Positions 10,387 to 21,015 of a stretch of DNA of 64,000 bases are shown here, one piece after another (the first letter of the stretch is position 1; each line of letters opens with the position of its first letter). A program made the position numbers and the translations under genes. This DNA is from an uncultured candidatus Porisulfidus sp. GTDB taxonomy: Bacteria > Pseudomonadota > Gammaproteobacteria > Poriferisulfidales > Poriferisulfidaceae. The DNA lies in assembly GCA_965199755.1 (NCBI GenBank), contig CBDASZ010000002.1, forward strand, positions 192,001-256,000, read 5' to 3'. The notes under the pieces are model-generated. The model ran no database searches, was not told the origin of the DNA, and saw nothing but the letters and a program-made list of their open reading frames with translations.

Positions 10387-11309
10387 TACAGTTCCGGCAT
10401 TCGCAGTCGCATCTGCAACCATTGCGTGATCTGGCTGCCCACCCGGTCACCGAATTGCTCCAGCAAGTCCGGCTGATAGGTGTAGTCCACTACCCGCTCC
10501 GCGCCAATCTGCTCTCGCGCCAGTTCACCCGCGCTCGCGAACCCGTCGACCAGTCCCAACTGATGCGCGCGAGTTCCGGTCCAGATACGCCCGTCATACA
10601 GCGGATCGGCTGTCTCATCCAGACGCTCGCCGCGTGATTCCTGCACGATCGCGACAAAACGCTGATGCAACGTATCGATCATCTCCTGCAAATGCCGCCT
10701 GTGCGCCGGATCCTGTGGCTGAAAGGGGTCCAACATATCCTTGAACTCACCAGACTTTGCAACCCGTCGCTCAATGCCCCAACTCTCGATCAGATCGACC
10801 AGACCGAAACTGGTCGCGATCACCCCGATAGAGCCTACCAGGCTGGATTTATCGACGTGCACTTCCTGCGCCGCCATGGCGATGTAATAAGCGGCTGAAG
10901 CGCACATGTCTTCCGCCACTGCATAAACCGGCTTGTCGGGATGGGCTTCACGCAGGTGATTGATCTCTGTATAGATGCGGTGCGCCTGAACGGGCGAGCC
11001 TCCGGGACTGTTGAGTCGCAACACCACGCCCTTGACCTGCGGCTCCTCAAACGCAGCGCGCAGACCTTTGGTGACATCATCCGAGTTGGCGGGGAATTCC
11101 GGCCCGATCACACCGGAAATATTGATCATGGCGGTATGCGCCTCACCCGGTGACACTATCGAAGACTCGTCGGAACTCACGACGAAGAAAATCAGCACCA
11201 GAAGCAACAGCGGTGCCAATCCCATCAGCAAGCGCCAGCGGCGTGCGCGACGGAACTCCGCGGTCAATTCCCGAACCGCGACAACCAAAGCGGAGTCTTT
11301 TTCGTCCAT
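10383..11309 (-). CDS. sppA: S49 signal peptide peptidase (SppA-like)
   Basis: LNSPGGS, CASAAYYIA, VGSIGV; N-terminal TM helix. Confidence 0.92.
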   Translation of the reverse strand: MDEKDSALVVAVRELTAEFRRARRWRLLMGLAPLLLLVLIFFVVSSDESSIVSPGEAHTAMINISGVIGPEFPANSDDVTKGLRAAFEEPQVKGVVLRLNSPGGSPVQAHRIYTEINHLREAHPDKPVYAVAEDMCASAAYYIAMAAQEVHVDKSSLVGSIGVIATSFGLVDLIESWGIERRVAKSGEFKDMLDPFQPQDPAHRRHLQEMIDTLHQRFVAIVQESRGERLDETADPLYDGRIWTGTRAHQLGLVDGFASAGELAREQIGAERVVDYTYQPDLLEQFGDRVGSQITQWLQMRLRMPELY

Positions 11310-11409
11310 TAGCCTGATCTGCTTGAGAAGGGAACGTTCCCGAACCGTTCAACACGCATCGGCATGATGGCCTCGGCCCAAACGGCTTTCACCGAAGATG
11401 TTTTGAGCC

Positions 11410-12255
11410 TCACCAGCCCCAGATGTATGCGAGTGACAAGCCCCACTCCTCAACATCATAATCGTAATGCAGCAGCGGTGTGGAGGCGGTCAGGCCCGGT
11501 CCGCCCGCATGAAATTCAATATCGTATTCCGTGCGGAAGATCTCTATCGCGAAATGGCGACCCGGATCGCCGAACTCAATGCCGGCACCGATTGTCCATG
11601 CGGTGGATTTGTCACTGTGGAAGTCACTGCCCTGCGCCAGAGTCGCGCTGTTGGTCGATTCGTTGGTGAACGATGACGTGACATCCAGTTTGCGGCGGCT
11701 CACACCGGTCAAGGCATAAACGGAGCGCTCCGCTCCCAGAAACGTCATGCCATCAATACGGCGTCCCAATTTCAAATTCACCCCGTATTCATACTCCCGC
11801 TCCAGCTCCCACCGGCCCGGCCAGACATCCCCAACGGAACGCCCCCCATCCGGCCCGCGATCATGATCAAGTGTCCCTGCCATATAGCCTGATGCGTCAT
11901 CAGAAAACCAGGCGGCGGTCAGTTCCGTCGCAGCATACACAGTGTCGGACAAATCCCAGCGGGTGCCGGCCAAAATACGGAAGGCAAATCCCTCATCAAC
12001 AGAAGAAGCGCTTGCGCTGTTTGAGTAATTGACCAGATTGGGATTGCTGGTCGCCCGAAGCGCACCGGACTCCCGATAGGTGATTCCCTTTGAGAAATCA
12101 ACATCCGTCGAGGTGATCCCGACACCTGTACCCAAATAATAGCGAAGGTCTTTCGCCTGCGCCGATCCGGCCCACACCACAACCAGTGCCGCGGTCAGCC
12201 AAAGCCAGTGTCCGCGATAATGCGAGCGTAGCAGTGATATTCCTTGGGCATCCAT
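11410..12255 (-). CDS. outer-membrane beta-barrel protein (OmpA-like membrane domain)
   Basis: Signal peptide ending SAQA, YLGTGVG first strand, WTIGAGIEF, C-terminal LSLAYIWGW beta-signal. Confidence 0.7.
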   Translation of the reverse strand: MDAQGISLLRSHYRGHWLWLTAALVVVWAGSAQAKDLRYYLGTGVGITSTDVDFSKGITYRESGALRATSNPNLVNYSNSASASSVDEGFAFRILAGTRWDLSDTVYAATELTAAWFSDDASGYMAGTLDHDRGPDGGRSVGDVWPGRWELEREYEYGVNLKLGRRIDGMTFLGAERSVYALTGVSRRKLDVTSSFTNESTNSATLAQGSDFHSDKSTAWTIGAGIEFGDPGRHFAIEIFRTEYDIEFHAGGPGLTASTPLLHYDYDVEEWGLSLAYIWGW

Positions 12256-12429
12256 GATGTTTCCGGGTTTAATTCCGTGCTTGTCGCGGTTCTTATTCTA
12301 GTCAATTAAATGGTACCATCGCAGGTGCCTGCCCTCACCAGCCCCATATATATGAGAGTGGCAACCCTCACTTCGTAATCGTGATACAGCATCGGCGCGT
12401 ATACGCAAGAAAACTCGCCTATGGATGCC

Positions 12430-13605
12430 TTATGTGACTTCATTCAAACGCCGCAGATAATGCAGCGACACCCAGCCCAGCACCATACCGACCAATGCCA
12501 CAGCGGTTGCCGCATAAAACGTCGTGCTCGACCCCATACTTTCCCACGCGACTCCGGCCAGCAAGGAACCCAGCGCCGCACCAGCACCGTAACTCAAGGA
12601 AGAATACAGCGCCTGCCCGCGACTTTGCAGGCGTCCCTTGAACAACTGATGCACAACGCGCACCGCCACCGCATGGTAGACACCGTAGGATGCGGCGTGC
12701 AGTGTCTGGGCGAACAGAATCGCCCCCCAGTACATCGGGAACGCGCCCACCACCAGCCAGCGCACGCCCGCCAGCAAGAACGCCACAGCGAACAGCGCCC
12801 GCGCCGGGTGATGCGCCAGATAGTGCGAGAAGAACAAGAACACCAGAATCTCGCCGAACACGCCCACCGCCCATAGTGATGCGATGCCTTGCAATGGATA
12901 GCCGTGCCCCTGCAGATAGATCGAAAAGAACGCATAGAACGGTCCGTGGCTGACTTGCATCAGCACAAACGCCGACAACAGGCCCAGCATGGCCGGATTG
13001 CGCAACAGGCGCATCAGGGTCAGATGTGGAGGATGCTCCAGAAGCTTCGTACTGGTGCCGAGCAGCAAACTGAGCAGAAAGCCGCCTGCATGACACAGCA
13101 ACATGGCGAACGGCACAATCGTCCAGTCTTCTCCGTGCATCGTCGCAAGCCACGCCACACTTGAGCATGAGGCGACAAAGCCAAAAGATCCCCACAGACG
13201 CACATGCGTGTAGGAGTAGTGACTGCTCGGATGATGATCCAGAAAGGACATCGTGAACCCTTCCACCAGCGGTAGCGTCGCGTACCAGAAGAAACTGAAC
13301 ACCAGCAAAAGCGCCGCCATGCCGGTGAAATCCGTCACCCATTGCAGCGCCAGTATTCCCAAGGTGCTGCCAAGCGCGGCACCGCGCGCCAACAGTAGGC
13401 GGTGTCCCGTGTGATCCGCCAGCCAGGCCCATACGTTCGGTGCGAATATCCCGGCGAACATCACCACCGCGAGCAACTGACCGATTTCCAGCGCGCTGAA
13501 TCCCAGCGATTGCAGATACAGCGGCCAGAACGGCAGAAAGATGCCGAGCGAGGCGAAATAAAAAAAGTAGAACCCGGAAAACCGGGCATACTGCAAGTGA
13601 TTCAC
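12430..13605 (-). CDS. MFS transporter (HcaT/MFS_1_like)
   Basis: FYFFYFA...LPFWPLYL, RLWGSFGF, SHGPFYAFFSIY, GQALY; about 12 TM helices. Confidence 0.9.
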   Translation of the reverse strand: MNHLQYARFSGFYFFYFASLGIFLPFWPLYLQSLGFSALEIGQLLAVVMFAGIFAPNVWAWLADHTGHRLLLARGAALGSTLGILALQWVTDFTGMAALLLVFSFFWYATLPLVEGFTMSFLDHHPSSHYSYTHVRLWGSFGFVASCSSVAWLATMHGEDWTIVPFAMLLCHAGGFLLSLLLGTSTKLLEHPPHLTLMRLLRNPAMLGLLSAFVLMQVSHGPFYAFFSIYLQGHGYPLQGIASLWAVGVFGEILVFLFFSHYLAHHPARALFAVAFLLAGVRWLVVGAFPMYWGAILFAQTLHAASYGVYHAVAVRVVHQLFKGRLQSRGQALYSSLSYGAGAALGSLLAGVAWESMGSSTTFYAATAVALVGMVLGWVSLHYLRRLNEVT

Positions 13606-13618
13606 GACTTGCCGGGAG

Positions 13619-14692
13619 TCAGGAGTCTGCCACGTGTCCGCACTGGGCCTGATGACGCAATGCGTGATCAGCCAATGTCAGCGCCAGCATCGCTTCGACG
13701 ATCGGCACCGCGCGCAGCGCCACGCACGGATCATGGCGGCCTTTCGTCACCACTTCCGCCTCTTCGCCCGAACGATCCAGCGTGCGTCCGGGAATGCGGA
13801 TGCTGGAGGTCGGTTTGAACGCCACCGACACCCGCAGGTCCTGCCCGGAACTCAGCCCGCCCAGCGTGCCGCCGGCATGATTGGACAAAAAGCCCTCCTT
13901 CGTCATCTCATCACGATGCTCGCTGCCGCGCTGCTCCACCACCGCGAAGCCGTCGCCAATTCCGACCGCCTTGACCGCGTTGATGCTCATCATGGCTCGC
14001 GCCACGGTCGCGTCCAGCCGATCGAAGATCGGATCACCCCAGCCGACCGGCATGCCGCAGGCTTCCGCCTCGACACAAGCCCCGACTGAATCGCCGGCTT
14101 GGCGTAGCGCATCAATGAATTCCTCGAGTTCAGAGACGCGCGCGGTATCCGGGAAGAAAAACGGGTTGGCTTCCACCGCCTCCCAGTCCACTTTTTCGGC
14201 GCGGATGTCCCCGACCTGGCGCACGCACGCGCGCAGTTCTACGCCGTAGGTGTCGCGCAGCCATTTGCGTGCGATCGCCCCGGCCGCCACCCGCATGGCG
14301 GTTTCTCGCGCTGAGGCGCGCCCGCCGCCGCGGTAGTCGCGAATGCCGTATTTGCGCTGATAGGTGAAGTCGGCGTGTCCGGGACGAAACAGATCCTTAA
14401 TCTCGCTATAGTCCTTGGAGCGGGCATCCTGATTCTCAATCAGCAGCGCGATAGGCGTGCCGGTAGTCCGACCTTCGAACACGCCAGACAGAATCTGTAC
14501 CTGATCCGGCTCCTTGCGCTGACTGGTGTGACGGGTCTTGCCGCTGCGGCGGCGCTCCAGGTCGCGCTGCAGGTCGGCTTCCGCCAATTCCAGATCGGGC
14601 GGACAGCCATCAACCACGCAGCCGATCGCCGGGCCGTGACTCTCCCCGAAGGAGGTCACAGTAAACAAGGTGCCGAAAATATTGCCTGACAT
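13619..14692 (-). CDS. aroC: chorismate synthase
   Basis: [28 protein letters not shown]. Confidence 0.98.
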   Translation of the reverse strand: MSGNIFGTLFTVTSFGESHGPAIGCVVDGCPPDLELAEADLQRDLERRRSGKTRHTSQRKEPDQVQILSGVFEGRTTGTPIALLIENQDARSKDYSEIKDLFRPGHADFTYQRKYGIRDYRGGGRASARETAMRVAAGAIARKWLRDTYGVELRACVRQVGDIRAEKVDWEAVEANPFFFPDTARVSELEEFIDALRQAGDSVGACVEAEACGMPVGWGDPIFDRLDATVARAMMSINAVKAVGIGDGFAVVEQRGSEHRDEMTKEGFLSNHAGGTLGGLSSGQDLRVSVAFKPTSSIRIPGRTLDRSGEEAEVVTKGRHDPCVALRAVPIVEAMLALTLADHALRHQAQCGHVADS

Positions 14693-14716
14693 CGTGGCAC
14701 CGATTTTATCAGGGCG

Positions 14717-15055
14717 TCATTGTGGCGCGTCTTGCTGGTGTCGGCGATCCAGCCCGTCGGCATTGAGCAGCGCATAGTGCGCGTCTGTCCCGAACACGGT
14801 CAGTTGCGCCGGCTGCTCCTCGCTGACTTCCCAGCGGCCATGCACATTCTGCTGCGCATCTTCCAGAATAAACTCGCTGGCATACACTTCAGTCGCGTAC
14901 ACGCGAATCGGGCCCAGCCAGCCCATCTCGGAAGTGGCCTGCCAGAGGATTAATGATGCGACCGCGATCAGACCGATCCGCAGGCGCATCACATAGCGCT
15001 CCAGTTCCACAATGCGTTCCTCGGTGGATTTGGGGGTATCGTCTTTACGGGACAT
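14717..15055 (-). CDS. hypothetical single-TM protein
   Basis: GGAG RBS before MSRKDD; coiled-coil start plus one hydrophobic segment; co-oriented between purC and aroC. Confidence 0.65.
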   Translation of the reverse strand: MSRKDDTPKSTEERIVELERYVMRLRIGLIAVASLILWQATSEMGWLGPIRVYATEVYASEFILEDAQQNVHGRWEVSEEQPAQLTVFGTDAHYALLNADGLDRRHQQDAPQ

Positions 15056-15075
15056 GGTTTTCTCCTGAGGGTAAT

Positions 15076-15990
15076 TCAAAAAGTCGAGTCGCCGCACAGG
15101 CGGCGGCCAATCTGTTCATAGCGTTCGGTCGTGCCACGCACCACGTCGTCGGGCAACTCTGGGCCCGGCGGGCGCTTGTCCCACGCTTGCTGCTGGAGCC
15201 AATCGCGCACGAACTGCTTGTCAAAACTTTCGGGGGCATTCCCTGGATGCCAGTGCGCTGTTTCCCAGAATCGCGAAGAATCCGGGGTCAGCGCCTCATC
15301 AATCAGTACCAGTTTTCCCTGCGCATCCAGTCCGAACTCGAACTTGGTGTCGGCAATGATGATTCCTCGCGCTTGTGCATGCGCGCACGCCGCCTCATAC
15401 AGCCGCAGACTTAAATCACGCACTTCTTGCGCGCGCTGTGCTCCGATCAGATCGGTGGCCGCCTCAAAACTGATGTTCTCGTCATGAGCGCCCACTTCGG
15501 CTTTGGTGGCCGGGGTGAACAACGGCTGCGGAAGACGCTCCGCTATGCGCATACCCGATGGCAGGGGAATGCCGCACACTTCACCATCGCGCTGATAATC
15601 CGTCCAGCCGGATCCCACCAGATAGCCGCGCACCACTGCTTCGATCGGCAGTGGCTGCAGTTTCCGAATGCGCATACTGCGCCCGCGCAACAAGACGCGC
15701 TCCTCATCCGTCAGCGATACGTCGTCCAAGTCTCCCCCCAAACTGTGATGCGACACAAGGTCGCGCAAGTGCTCAAACCAGAATGCGGAAATCGCGGTCA
15801 GCGCGCGCCCCTTACCCGGCACCGGCGTTGGCAGCACCACATCAAAGGCTGACAGACGATCGGTCGCCACCATTAGCCATTCATTGGCGTCAATCTCGTA
15901 CAAATCACGCACTTTGCCACGCTGTACGCACGGCAAATGCGTCAACTGCGTCTCAAACACGACGGGTGCGTCAGTCACCACACGCCTCAA
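15076..15990 (-). CDS. purC: SAICAR synthetase
   Basis: RGKVRDLY, TDRLSAFD, IADTKFEFG, LTPDSSRFW, DKQFVRDW. Confidence 0.97.
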   Translation of the reverse strand: MRRVVTDAPVVFETQLTHLPCVQRGKVRDLYEIDANEWLMVATDRLSAFDVVLPTPVPGKGRALTAISAFWFEHLRDLVSHHSLGGDLDDVSLTDEERVLLRGRSMRIRKLQPLPIEAVVRGYLVGSGWTDYQRDGEVCGIPLPSGMRIAERLPQPLFTPATKAEVGAHDENISFEAATDLIGAQRAQEVRDLSLRLYEAACAHAQARGIIIADTKFEFGLDAQGKLVLIDEALTPDSSRFWETAHWHPGNAPESFDKQFVRDWLQQQAWDKRPPGPELPDDVVRGTTERYEQIGRRLCGDSTF

Positions 15991-16592
15991 CGATAATCCG
16001 TGCGATCCTCGAACGCCGTCATCACCGTATTAGAGTCCAGATATTCCAGTTCACCGCCGACTGGTACGCCGCGCGCGAGGCGCGTCACCCGAATGTCGTA
16101 GCGCCCGGCGATCTCATGCAGCACATGCGCGGTGACGTCGCTCTCAACGCCACTGCCGACCACCAGAATCATTTCCTCCACCTCTTCCACTTCCAGCAAC
16201 CGTTGCAGTTGCGGCAGGCCCAGTTCTTCCGGCCCCACCCCATCAAGCGGTGACAACCGCCCCATCAGCACAAAGTAGCGACCACGAAAATCCGTGTGCG
16301 CTTCCAGCAGGCGCACTTGCGCGGGATTCTCGACCACACACAATTGTTTGGAATCGCGGTTCGGATCCGCGCATATCGAGCACAGTTCATGTTCAGTGAA
16401 GTTGCGGCAGCGGGCGCAGTGGCGGATATTGTCCAGTGCCTCCTTCATCACCCCCGCCAGCTTGCGCCCGCGCGGGCGATCCCGCTCCAGCAGGTGGTAG
16501 GCCATGCGCTGCGCGGTCTTGACCCCGACCCCCGGCAGGCAGGTCAGGCTGTCGACCAGTCGATCCAGCAAGGAATCCTGTGTGTTCGTCAT
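15987..16592 (-). CDS. recR: recombination protein RecR
   Basis: LPGVGVKTAQR, C4 zinc finger, LARGVPVGGELEY. Confidence 0.96.
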   Translation of the reverse strand: MTNTQDSLLDRLVDSLTCLPGVGVKTAQRMAYHLLERDRPRGRKLAGVMKEALDNIRHCARCRNFTEHELCSICADPNRDSKQLCVVENPAQVRLLEAHTDFRGRYFVLMGRLSPLDGVGPEELGLPQLQRLLEVEEVEEMILVVGSGVESDVTAHVLHEIAGRYDIRVTRLARGVPVGGELEYLDSNTVMTAFEDRTDYR

Positions 16593-18181
16593 TCAGAGGT
16601 CGGCGCGTTGCCGGGCGCCACGCCCGTCGGGAGTTCGATCTGCCGCGCCCCCAGTTGCTCGCGCAGCGCCTTCGGCACCGGCGCTTCTTCCAGTTCCTGG
16701 CGCACTTCCTCCTGATGGGTTTCGTGAGCCTGATTCTCCAGTTGCTGCAGGGTTTCCTGCGTCACTTCGCCCAAACGGATCGAAACTTTAAGCGCACAGC
16801 CGAAATGCGTACTCAAAGCGGACTCCAGTGCTGATTTTGCATCCGCCTTCGGCGTCTCCTTTTGTTCACACACCAGAAACAGCGTATCGTCTTCCACACG
16901 CTCCAGCATGCACTGCTTCGCCAGCATACGCGGTATGCCCACCAGTTTTAATTGACCTACCAGATCATTCCAGTCCTCCACTTCCCCTTGCCACTCACTC
17001 GCCGGCGCTTCCGGCTCAGCCGGTGGTTGGGCCTTGAGGGTCGGATCAGGCGCGGGTTCGGCTGCAGGTGCTGGTCGCGCGGGGGCGACCGAAGGTTGTG
17101 TATTCGGGACAAAGCACAGCACGCGCAGCAACAGCATCTCCAGTCCGGTCTGCTCATCAGGAGCAAACTGCAATTCCTGCTTGCCCGTCAGCAGCATTTG
17201 CCAAGCAAGTTGAATATCGGCCGGGGAGAACGCGGCATTGAGAGCGACGACCGCCTCAGCACGTTCTTCAGGGACGGCCGCACCGACTCCCTCGGCGCTC
17301 ATGGCGCAGGCGTGAAACACCGCGGCCAGTTCGTCCAGAATGTCTGGGTAGGATGGTGCCGTCTCGCTCAAGCGGCGCACCGCCTCCATGACTTCCTGCG
17401 CATCGCGCGTCGCCAGTGCGCGCACCAAAGCGTCAAAACTCTCTTGCGGCAGCAAGCCGAGCATGTGACCGAGTTCCGCTTGTGTCAGATCCGCCACGCA
17501 ATAGTTGATGGCCTGATCCAGCAGACTGAGGCCGTCGCGCATACTGCCGTCTGCCGCGCGGCCCAAAGCCGCCACCGCGGCCTCCTCGAAACCTACCGAC
17601 TCCTCCTGAAGAATGTGGCTCAACTGCTCGCTGATCTGGCTCGGCGTCAGACGCTTGAGGTGAAATTGCAGGCAGCGCGACAGTACGGTGGCCGGAAGTT
17701 TCTGTGGGTCGGTCGTCGCCAGCAAGAACTTGACGTGCGATGGCGGCTCCTCCAGAGTCTTCAGCAGCGCATTGAAACTGCTCTGCGAGAGCATGTGCAC
17801 CTCGTCGATCAAATAAACCTTGAAACGACCATGCGTCGGTGCGTAAGAGGTGTCGCTCAACAGCTCACGCATCTCCTCCACACGGGTACGCGACGCGGCG
17901 TCAATCTCAATCAGGTCCGGGAAACTGCCGTCGTCAATGCCGCGACAGTACTCGCACACGCCGCACGGCTCCGCACGTACGCCTTCGGCGCAATTCATGC
18001 ACTTGGCGACAATCCGCGCCAGCGTGGTCTTGCCGACTCCGCGTGTACCGGTGAACAGGTAGGCATGATGCAACCGTTCGTTCTCGAACGCCTTGTCCAG
18101 CACTTGCAACACGTGCTGCTGTCCGACTACTTCGGAGAACACGCGCGGCCGCCACTTGCGAGCCAGCACTTCGTACGTCAT
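16589..18181 (-). CDS. dnaX: DNA polymerase III gamma/tau
   Basis: LARKWRP, GTRGVGKTT, IDEVHML, SRC. Confidence 0.97.
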   Translation of the reverse strand: MTYEVLARKWRPRVFSEVVGQQHVLQVLDKAFENERLHHAYLFTGTRGVGKTTLARIVAKCMNCAEGVRAEPCGVCEYCRGIDDGSFPDLIEIDAASRTRVEEMRELLSDTSYAPTHGRFKVYLIDEVHMLSQSSFNALLKTLEEPPSHVKFLLATTDPQKLPATVLSRCLQFHLKRLTPSQISEQLSHILQEESVGFEEAAVAALGRAADGSMRDGLSLLDQAINYCVADLTQAELGHMLGLLPQESFDALVRALATRDAQEVMEAVRRLSETAPSYPDILDELAAVFHACAMSAEGVGAAVPEERAEAVVALNAAFSPADIQLAWQMLLTGKQELQFAPDEQTGLEMLLLRVLCFVPNTQPSVAPARPAPAAEPAPDPTLKAQPPAEPEAPASEWQGEVEDWNDLVGQLKLVGIPRMLAKQCMLERVEDDTLFLVCEQKETPKADAKSALESALSTHFGCALKVSIRLGEVTQETLQQLENQAHETHQEEVRQELEEAPVPKALREQLGARQIELPTGVAPGNAPTSE

Positions 18182-18408
18182 TTCGCTAGCGCCATTAGGG
18201 CTGAATCCACAAAAATCATCAGTTCTCGCCTCTCCGCCTCATTATAGAGGGGACTTCGGGGGTCTGAAATCTCTGGTGAAGGGTTTCATCCGCTCCCCCT
18301 GCTATTTCCGGTGCTTATAAGTGATCCCCGGAATTAAATTAAAAAAGCGCCGCGACAAAACTGTTGCACGACGCCTTTTATTCTATATCCGTCCCCTACA
18401 ATAACCCC

Positions 18409-19626
18409 ATGCACGGCATTCGGCACAACCTCGGCCAATTCAGCCACCAGCTGGCGCAAGTCTTTCTGGTCGGCATGACGTTAGGCATGGTGCGCACGGT
18501 GGTGCCCGCGCTGGCAGAGACCGAATTCTCCATTGAGCGCCAATCCTACCTGTTGCTAACCACCTTCGTGGTCGCGTTCGGGTTTATCAAGGGGGCAATG
18601 AATTTTGTAGCCGGTCGCGTCGCGGATCGCTTCGGTCGCAAGCCGGTGCTGCTGGCTGGATGGCTGGTCGCCCTGCCGGCTCCCTTTCTGCTGTTATATG
18701 CCACAAGTTGGAATCAGGTTATTCTGGCCACCGCCCTGCTCGGTATCAATCAGGGACTGTGCTGGTCTGTAACCCAAGCCAGCAAACTGGACCTTGCGCA
18801 TCCGCAGCAGCGCGGATTCGCAGTCGGGCTGGATGAGTTCTCCGGCTACCTCGGTGTCGCCGCGGCCGGGGTGATCACCGGCTATCTGGCCAGTCTGTGG
18901 GAAGTCCGCGACGCCTTGTGGGGCTTTGGTCTGTTCTGCATCCTGATGGCGCTACTGCTGCTGCTGGGCTGGGTACGTGAAACCCTGCCGTGGGCGCATC
19001 ACGAAGAAGTCCAAGAGTCTTCTTCTGACCCCGTCCCCGCAACCACTTGGGAGGCTTTCGTGCGGGTTTCGTGGGGTGACCGACGCATGTTCGCGGTCAG
19101 TCAGGCGGGCCTGGTTGAGAAGTTCGTCGATACGCTGGTGTGGATTTTCTACCCGGCCTATCTGTATGCCAACGGCTTCAGCCTGCTGGACATCGGCTGG
19201 ATTGTCGGTGTGTACGGGACGGTCTGGGGTGCCAGTCAGTTCGCGACCGGGCGTTTGTCAGACCGCGTCGGCCGCCTGCTGCCCTGTGTCAGTGGTATGT
19301 GGCTGTGCGCTGTGGGCGTGCTCGGTGCGCTGTGGAGTTCCGCTTTTGAGGCGTGGATTGTCAGCGCCGCCATCACCGGGTTCGGCATGGCCTTGCTGTA
19401 TCCCAATCTGAGCGCCGCCATTAGTGATCTGGCCACGCCCGTCTGGCGCGGCTCCGCCATTGGCATCTACCGCTTCTGGCGGGATCTGGGCTACGGGATT
19501 GGCGCGCTGGCCTTGGGGGTGCTGGCCAGTATGAGTGGTCAGGTAGAAGCCGGCTTCTACGGTGTTGCGGTCAGTATGTTTGTGTCTGGCGTGGTGCTGG
19601 CGTGGCTAGGGCCACGACGCGCATAA
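18409..19626 (+). CDS. MFS transporter
   Basis: GRVADRFGRK and GRLSDRVGR motif A, GIYRFWRDLG. Confidence 0.9.
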   Translation: MHGIRHNLGQFSHQLAQVFLVGMTLGMVRTVVPALAETEFSIERQSYLLLTTFVVAFGFIKGAMNFVAGRVADRFGRKPVLLAGWLVALPAPFLLLYATSWNQVILATALLGINQGLCWSVTQASKLDLAHPQQRGFAVGLDEFSGYLGVAAAGVITGYLASLWEVRDALWGFGLFCILMALLLLLGWVRETLPWAHHEEVQESSSDPVPATTWEAFVRVSWGDRRMFAVSQAGLVEKFVDTLVWIFYPAYLYANGFSLLDIGWIVGVYGTVWGASQFATGRLSDRVGRLLPCVSGMWLCAVGVLGALWSSAFEAWIVSAAITGFGMALLYPNLSAAISDLATPVWRGSAIGIYRFWRDLGYGIGALALGVLASMSGQVEAGFYGVAVSMFVSGVVLAWLGPRRA

Positions 19627-19635
19627 CGACGCGGA

Positions 19636-21012
19636 TCAGGAATCCGCAACCGCCAGCATTTCTTCGCGGCGCGTGAATTTCTCGCGCGGCTTGCCCTTCG
19701 GCTCACCACGGCTTACTTCTTCCGTATCAATTTTCTGCCAATCCGCAAATTCCACCACGCGCGTCCCGCGTTCGGACAGGATCGATAGCAAAGCCTCCGT
19801 TCCTGCCTTCTCCGTTGGCAATGATCCCAGATCCTCCAGCAAGGAGCCGACCGTCTCCACCGCGCAGGCGCGGTTGGTGCCGATGATGCCGGAAGGACCG
19901 CGCTTGATCCAGCCGGTGGTGTACAGACCGGGCACAACCGCCCCCTCCGGGGTATCAAGCATACGCCCGGCTTCATTCGGGAATACTCCCCAGGAATCAT
20001 GGAACGGCACACCTTCGATCGGTACGCCGCGATACCCTATCGAGCGGAATAGCAGTCCGCATTCCAGCTCTTCCGTTTCCCCGGTACCACTTGCGCGCTG
20101 ACTAAACGGCTCGCCGGTCAAGGCATTGCGCTCCAGCACCACACGCTCAAGTTTGCCGTCACCTAGCAACTGCACCGGACTGCGGCAGAATGTCATCTTG
20201 CAGGTACGCGCTTTGTCGTCGCGCGGTGCCATTTTCTCGAAGATGGCCAGATTCTTGGTTGCCACCAGACTGCGCTTGCGGTCTTCCAGTTCCGCCTGAG
20301 TGGCCTCATTGAGTTCCAGTTCCTGCGGATCAATCACCGTCTGGCAATTCTCAAGTTCCAGAAACTCACGCAATTCCTTGGTGGTGAACTTGGCCTGAGC
20401 CGGTCCGCGTCGCCCGACCACCACGATTGTGCGGATGCGGCTTTCGGCCAGCGCATCCAGCGCATGCTGCGCGATGTCGGTATGTTTCAGCTCGTCGATT
20501 GATTTTGACAGGATGCGCGCGACATCCGCCGCCACATTGCCCTGCCCAATGATCACCGCGGTTTCGTGCGAGAAATCAAACTGCCGATCGCGATAGTCCG
20601 GGTGGCCGTTGTACCAGCCGACGAATTCCGTGGCCGTATGACTGCCCGGCAGATCCTCACCGTCAATCCCCAGACGCCGATCGGTTTCGGCACCGCAGGC
20701 GTAGATGACGGCATGGTAATTCTCGTTTAGCTCTTGCGGGGTGACGTCCTCTCCTACCGCCACATTGCCAAAGAAGCGGAACCCCTCCAGCGCGGCGACT
20801 TTCTTGTAGACTTCAATAGACTGCTTCAGTTTCGGGTGATCCGGTGCCACGCCGCTGCGCACCAGCCCATACGGCGACGGCAGACGCTCGATCAGGTCCA
20901 CGCATACGGCATGCTCTGATTTCAGCAGGGCCTCGGTGGCGTAGAAACCGCTCGGCCCGGCACCCACTACGGCAACCCGCAGGGACGAGGCTTCTGTCCC
21001 CAGTTGACTCAC
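19636..21012 (-). CDS. NADP(H):ferredoxin oxidoreductase, adrenodoxin reductase/FprA family
   Basis: VGAGPSG, PYGLVRSGVAPDH, FVGWYNGHP, GQGNVAADVAR, GWIKRGPSGIIG. Confidence 0.93.
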   Translation of the reverse strand: MSQLGTEASSLRVAVVGAGPSGFYATEALLKSEHAVCVDLIERLPSPYGLVRSGVAPDHPKLKQSIEVYKKVAALEGFRFFGNVAVGEDVTPQELNENYHAVIYACGAETDRRLGIDGEDLPGSHTATEFVGWYNGHPDYRDRQFDFSHETAVIIGQGNVAADVARILSKSIDELKHTDIAQHALDALAESRIRTIVVVGRRGPAQAKFTTKELREFLELENCQTVIDPQELELNEATQAELEDRKRSLVATKNLAIFEKMAPRDDKARTCKMTFCRSPVQLLGDGKLERVVLERNALTGEPFSQRASGTGETEELECGLLFRSIGYRGVPIEGVPFHDSWGVFPNEAGRMLDTPEGAVVPGLYTTGWIKRGPSGIIGTNRACAVETVGSLLEDLGSLPTEKAGTEALLSILSERGTRVVEFADWQKIDTEEVSRGEPKGKPREKFTRREEMLAVADS

Positions 21013-21015
21013 AGG

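Noticed and set aside
16952-18247. Long antisense ORFs (431 aa opposite dnaX; also 3302-4318, 5118-5969, 53562-54416)
   Set aside because: Shadow frames of high-GC coding genes with no recognisable motifs
18190-18360. SRP RNA (ffs), often upstream of dnaX
   Set aside because: Only a partial CCGGAA..AGCAG resemblance on the minus strand; the conserved helix 8 (CAGG-CC-GGAA-GG-AGCAG) cannot form
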